IMG/VR virus record: IMGVR_UViG_3300030107_006967
Coordinates: 1-57,734 of that record
Direction: 5' to 3' (one strand)
Length of the DNA stretch: 57,734 nucleotides
Origin: a virus
Lineage: Duplodnaviria; Caudoviricetes
The first letter of the stretch is position 1. The number at the start of each line of letters is the position of its first letter. The position numbers and the translations under genes are program-made. The notes below the pieces were generated by a model, which ran no database searches, had not been told where the DNA came from, and saw only the letters and a program-made list of their open reading frames with translations. Below, one piece after another: positions 53,406 to 57,734 of this stretch.

Positions 53406-54590
53406 TTATATATCAAGTTTTAGCTTAAATGTCAAGTCTCTTTCTTCAGTCTTTTTTACTGGGGTTGCTAGTTTGGCGACGGCAATTAGCCTCATGTCGT
53501 CATCATAAATCCCAATCTTGGAAATGTATGTTTGTTTTTTGAACTCTGCTGGCAAATCTGAATATGCGCCACTAACAGTATTGTGTGCTTGCATTCTTTG
53601 ATCTTGGATGTATTTGTTCTCGGTAGTTGTAGTTCCATCAAAAATATCTCGGGCGCTTGATGCTGAAAAGAAGGTTGGATTTTGTGAATAATTTAATCTA
53701 TTTCTTTCAGCATGGGCAAACATTGTTAATCTTGGAATAGTTGTAGAGCCAGAGAATTTTAACTCAAAACTACTATTAGGGATATTATAGCCCAAACTTG
53801 TTATTTCTGCCCCGACTCCATAGTATATCCATTTAGGATTAACACCAGATCCAATGTAGTTTTCTGAGTGTGCAGGGTCTAATGTCCACGAGCCTGTCAA
53901 CACTATTAACCCCTCGTTATAAAGTACAACACCTGCAACAGAACCCGAACCAAAGTCGGCTCCTAATTCATTGGCTGCTCCAGCTACCTGCCTAAGTTCG
54001 CCATTACCTCTTTCATCTTTCAGTCTAGCAACCAAGGTTCCTGTAACATAAAAATTTAACTCAACATTTGTTTTTTGCAGACTATCGCCATAGAATATCG
54101 AAGGAATAGATATTAGGTTAATGTCTTGGTCGGACTTGTCCCCTAAACTTGAGTTATAAGCGTAGTGATTACTTCGTGTTTTGTAATAATTTAAAGTGTT
54201 TTGCAGGGCTTCAATTTTATCCCTGCTTTGCCCTTGTGCGTAATAATTTCTAGATATGCTGGCAGAGAGGGGGTAGCTACCTGTCAAAGTATCGCCATAC
54301 TGAAAGTCTGCATTATATTCGGATGTTGATATTGTTTTGAATGCTGTGAGGCTGCCGTTCTTTGACACAAAAGGGTATATAAGCTCTGCCGTTGGTCTGT
54401 CAACGTTTATTTCGTACAAGCTTGTATATCCAACCGGGACACCATCGACTGTAGTTGGTCCCCTGTCAGCTAACAACTCAGGCTTGTTGTTATAATAAAT
54501 TGCACCTTGGTATATAAAAAAGTTCTCCCTTGGGTGAACTTTTACCGTATTATATATTAAGTCATCTTGTCCAAACTTGTAGTAAGGCAC
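53406..54590 (-). CDS. Baseplate/tail structural protein (GTG start)
   Basis: G.V.YNEG.IV, YSQNPTF, YISKIGIYD....LIAVAKL..PVKK...L.F.LKLD; paralogous to the next gene. Confidence 0.6.
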   Translation of the reverse strand: MPYYKFGQDDLIYNTVKVHPRENFFIYQGAIYYNNKPELLADRGPTTVDGVPVGYTSLYEINVDRPTAELIYPFVSKNGSLTAFKTISTSEYNADFQYGDTLTGSYPLSASISRNYYAQGQSRDKIEALQNTLNYYKTRSNHYAYNSSLGDKSDQDINLISIPSIFYGDSLQKTNVELNFYVTGTLVARLKDERGNGELRQVAGAANELGADFGSGSVAGVVLYNEGLIVLTGSWTLDPAHSENYIGSGVNPKWIYYGVGAEITSLGYNIPNSSFELKFSGSTTIPRLTMFAHAERNRLNYSQNPTFFSASSARDIFDGTTTTENKYIQDQRMQAHNTVSGAYSDLPAEFKKQTYISKIGIYDDDMRLIAVAKLATPVKKTEERDLTFKLKLDI

Positions 54591-54605
54591 AATTCACTAT
54601 ACCTC

Positions 54606-55775
54606 CTAGTAATCAAGCCTTACTCTTAAAGTAAGCTCTGTGTCTGGTGATTTCTTGAGTGGCTCTGACACCTTTGCAACTGCCAGTAATTCGTTTGTAG
54701 CACTATACAAACCAACGCTTGTTATGTAAGAGACAGGTTGTTCGAGCGTGTTTGTCTTAACTCTTATTTGGCTGTCCTTGAGATAGGTTGGGTTCGAGCT
54801 ATAATTAAATTCGTTATGTGCTGCTCTACAGAAATAAATTGTAGAATTTAATTCAGTCGTATTGTTAAAACTAAGATTGTAAATTCTGTTTCTAATGGCA
54901 TCACAGGAGCCAGAAATAGAAGACCCCGTGATGAAAGCAAATCCGGTTGCTCCTGCTGTTTTGTTAAATGGGTTTCCTAAAGCCATTGAGCCAATTGCGT
55001 TTTTTAGGAGACCCGGCCCTCCGGGATTGGTGACTGTAGCGACATCACTAAACAAAGACCCAGTGATGACAGCAACACCTGCTTGATAATAGATTAAGCC
55101 AACAGGTACCTGTTCATTTTCTAGGGTCGCATTCGCTACAACGTCATTGGATGAAGTAGCATAAAGAATACCATATTCTCCAGCAGGAGAATTTACATGA
55201 TACTGAGATGATCCGCTAAGATCTTTTACAGAAAGTAGTTTGCCGAAATTTCTTCCCGTGAAGTCTGCTGTATTGCTAAGGGTTCCATCGTTAGAGCCCG
55301 ACATTCCAAACACAACCTCAAAAGTACCTTTCTTAACTTCGTCTTTTTGCAACAATCTAGCAAAATTAATGAAGACTACTTCTGTCATTTTTTCGCCGCC
55401 AGTAAGGTTACCGTCCTTATCAAATGGTCGAATGTTTCCATTAACATCATGCCCAACAAGCATTTGAGCCATTTGCTGGTAAACATTAATCTTATCTTCT
55501 TGTTGTACTCTGTCGGAGGAGGCTGACATTCCAGACCCAGTACCATATCCTACAGTAATATCCAAGATATGATTTGCCGACGAGCTAAGGTAAGGATAAT
55601 CATAAACCGACTGGAACAAGCCATGCGAGTAGTTTTTAATGTTCGTCTCTGTAGTGGTGTATCCTTGGTTATACGTACCAGACAAAATCGACCCTGTTAC
55701 CGGGATTGCTTCGTGGAGCAATGTTCTGGTTGATGTTACATCATTGTTTAAAAGTTGTTTAAAAGTTGTTGCCAT
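54606..55775 (-). CDS. Baseplate/tail structural protein
   Basis: G.IYYQAG, FNYSSNPTY, YITSVGLY...NELLAVAKVSEPLKK...LTLRVRLDY. Confidence 0.6.
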   Translation of the reverse strand: MATTFKQLLNNDVTSTRTLLHEAIPVTGSILSGTYNQGYTTTETNIKNYSHGLFQSVYDYPYLSSSANHILDITVGYGTGSGMSASSDRVQQEDKINVYQQMAQMLVGHDVNGNIRPFDKDGNLTGGEKMTEVVFINFARLLQKDEVKKGTFEVVFGMSGSNDGTLSNTADFTGRNFGKLLSVKDLSGSSQYHVNSPAGEYGILYATSSNDVVANATLENEQVPVGLIYYQAGVAVITGSLFSDVATVTNPGGPGLLKNAIGSMALGNPFNKTAGATGFAFITGSSISGSCDAIRNRIYNLSFNNTTELNSTIYFCRAAHNEFNYSSNPTYLKDSQIRVKTNTLEQPVSYITSVGLYSATNELLAVAKVSEPLKKSPDTELTLRVRLDY

Positions 55776-55790
55776 TTTTAGTCCTGCCTA

Positions 55791-56750
55791 TTAATCTTTC
55801 TTTAGAAATCTAATTGGAATATCTATTCTATATCCTGTTGTAGCGCCAGTAATTCTTACAGTTGTATCAATGTGGGAAAAAGTGGTATCTGCTACACTGC
55901 CCCATGTAACACCAGTTGTGCCTAGCCTTTGGAAGAGGAATGTGCTTGTTTGTAGCTCCAAGCTTGGCGTTACTTGAAACCTGAAGAATGTTCCTCGTGG
56001 ACCCTGAATTGGAGAAGACTGTGTGGCAGTCCTGTTTCCAATCATATTGGCACCCACACCAGATGTTGTTACATTATATGTAGCAATATTATCATCGTCT
56101 AAGAAATTATATGATACGGCTTGACCATTGGGTGTTGCCAAGGTTCCCAGCCTGTTGTCAAGCTCTACTATGTATTGCGTTTCTCTAAGTGTGGAGTCTA
56201 ATACTTGGTTGCTAGAAATTGATAATGTATTTAGTCCCTGATCGACTATGATTCCAGTATCTTGTTCAGGATCAAACCCCCTAAAGAGTCCGACCCTATT
56301 TGCTTCGGCTACCGGGGCGTCTCCCCCAGTGCCAAAGAATGCTTCATCGGTATTTTTATCACATGTAATCGCATAAGAACCATTTGCTTGAGTTGCGGTT
56401 GCATTTAGCGCTTTTGCATTGTTCAACGTTTGATTTAATATCATAACTGGAAGGAATAAAAGATTGGCTCTTGGGATGGAAACCAGCTTGCTTTTCATCG
56501 AGGAGGCGTTATTTGTAAAAGACTCCAAAACAGGGGTCCTTAAAATTTCTATATCATAATAAGCAGATCCACTTGGGTGTGCCCCATTAGCATGATTTGC
56601 ATTTTGATATTTAGAGTAATCTATTTCATCATCTGCAAAAGCATATTTTACAATTTTAAAAGATCCGTCGCCCTGAGCTAATCGTGCTCGTCCCGCATCT
56701 GTAAGTACGGCATCTAGGATGATGTCTCCACTGTTGTCTAAGAAAGCCAT
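55791..56750 (-). CDS. Baseplate/tail structural protein
   Basis: MAFLDNSGDIILDAVLTDAGRARLA.G...F.I..YAF.DDEIDY, resembling the N-terminus of tail-collar/wedge proteins. Confidence 0.55.
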   Translation of the reverse strand: MAFLDNSGDIILDAVLTDAGRARLAQGDGSFKIVKYAFADDEIDYSKYQNANHANGAHPSGSAYYDIEILRTPVLESFTNNASSMKSKLVSIPRANLLFLPVMILNQTLNNAKALNATATQANGSYAITCDKNTDEAFFGTGGDAPVAEANRVGLFRGFDPEQDTGIIVDQGLNTLSISSNQVLDSTLRETQYIVELDNRLGTLATPNGQAVSYNFLDDDNIATYNVTTSGVGANMIGNRTATQSSPIQGPRGTFFRFQVTPSLELQTSTFLFQRLGTTGVTWGSVADTTFSHIDTTVRITGATTGYRIDIPIRFLKKD

Positions 56751-56790
56751 TTATTTATCTCCATGTAATAAAATTTGTATATATTCTTAA

Positions 56791-56816
56791 TAATTAGCAA
56801 GTTACTTGTAAATAGT
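56791..56816 (-). promoter_or_regulatory. Tandem ACTATTTA and GCTAATTA putative late promoters
   Basis: Intergenic upstream of the 55791..56750 gene. Confidence 0.5.
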
Positions 56817-56829
56817 GCAAATTTACAAA

Positions 56830-57734
56830 TCAATCGCATAAATTTACTTTTTCATCTTCAGTTGTAACATGTTCTGTCTTAAAACTTAAATTTAAGTCTA
56901 AAGCTCTGCCAGTGTCTCTTGACCTTATTCTAAATTTAAATCTTTTGCCATTCCATATTGATTTTGTCGCTGTCCCAAGCACAGGATTTTTTCCTGTTAC
57001 TGCGGTTGACCCGTCTATTTCGGACTCTTCTTCATTTAAAAATACTTGTTGATCAGCCGCATCAACCATTAGAAATCTTCTAAATCTTTTGGTGTCAGAA
57101 TATTCTTTTTCGTCTTCAAACTCACACAATTTGATTATAGGGTACGCGACATCTGAATTTTCGACCATCTCAACTTCATAAACAGGAGACGGATTGGATA
57201 TGTTATTGTGCCTGTCTATGGTTCTAAAAGTATAATAATACTTAACATTTGTTTCAATCGTATCTTCTAAAGAAGTTTCATAATTTTGCAAATCCAAGGT
57301 TGTGTGTAGCGAGTCTACAAAATCATTGTAGCTTTTGGGCTTTTTTCCTTTTACCCTATAAATTTCGTATGACAATGGTGCATCATCAGAACTAAACGTT
57401 AGAGAGGGGTTAAAAAAGTCTCCACTAGGAAGTGTAAAAGTTCTCTTTTGGTTTTTTCTAGCTGCGTCAAAGTAAGCAACGTCTTGACTCGTGAGAGGTA
57501 TTGGCTCCATGTCTCTTTCGCCAGATTGATTTTCTAAAGTTAACAATATTTTATTTTTCTTTCCCGATATTGGATAAACGTTGCTTAAAGGGGGCAACGG
57601 AGGCTTATCTACAATAACCACTTCTGCCTCTCTATACAGGGGAGTTTTCATAATTCTTATGTCTGGTCTGTATTCTATTTGCATTATCATTAATCTATAA
57701 TTGCTTAAATCAACTCCCGTTGCAGTGTCTATGG
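56830..57734 (-). CDS. Large structural protein with FN3-like domain, truncated by the window end
   Basis: Frame is open from the window end; YEIYR...D...NVKYYYTFR.ID...NISNPS is FN3-like. Confidence 0.65.
   Translation of the reverse strand, partial: IDTATGVDLSNYRLMIMQIEYRPDIRIMKTPLYREAEVVIVDKPPLPPLSNVYPISGKKNKILLTLENQSGERDMEPIPLTSQDVAYFDAARKNQKRTFTLPSGDFFNPSLTFSSDDAPLSYEIYRVKGKKPKSYNDFVDSLHTTLDLQNYETSLEDTIETNVKYYYTFRTIDRHNNISNPSPVYEVEMVENSDVAYPIIKLCEFEDEKEYSDTKRFRRFLMVDAADQQVFLNEEESEIDGSTAVTGKNPVLGTATKSIWNGKRFKFRIRSRDTGRALDLNLSFKTEHVTTEDEKVNLCD

Noticed and set aside
358-55467. Numerous plus-strand ORFs (e.g. 30226..31179, 25313..25897, 51564..51923 poly-Ser)
   Set aside because: They lie antisense to well-supported minus-strand genes and show shadow-frame composition (Ser/Phe-rich mirror of Glu/Lys codons)
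1-57734. Stop-codon reassignment (as in some large phages)
   Set aside because: Core genes are full length in the standard code and TAA, TAG and TGA all end genes at sensible boundaries

Overview
This window is a ~58 kb fragment of a large T4-like (myovirus) phage genome. Essentially all genes are on the minus strand and use the standard code; the plus-strand ORFs are antisense shadows. Replication/recombination genes: class II ribonucleotide reductase, DnaB-like helicase, 5'-3' exonuclease, RecA/UvsX, SSB, primase, RuvC-like resolvase, a fused Mre11-Rad50 (SbcD-SbcC), a minimal family A polymerase and a degenerate tubulin/FtsZ homologue. Morphogenesis genes: terminase, portal, prohead protease, scaffold, major capsid, neck, sheath, tube, chaperone, tape measure, baseplate and two S74-chaperone fibres. 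It also carries ribosomal protein bS21, a GroES-like protein, a probable holin/spanin set and three lipoproteins. The most notable observations are: (1) a lipoprotein ending in an FrpC-type Asp-Pro self-processing ('clip-and-link') module; (2) a 42.5-45.3 kb cassette of small, mostly Cys-rich proteins, several with putative capsid-targeting leaders, including an unannotated 31-aa peptide with 10 Cys; (3) strong [S/T]GS enrichment restricted to outer virion proteins, a possible modification sequon; (4) a likely +1/-2 programmed frameshift in the tail chaperone; (5) a recurrent ACTA(T/A)TTA late-promoter candidate, plus sigma70 promoters embedded in terminator hairpins. All family assignments come from motifs read by eye, not from database searches.
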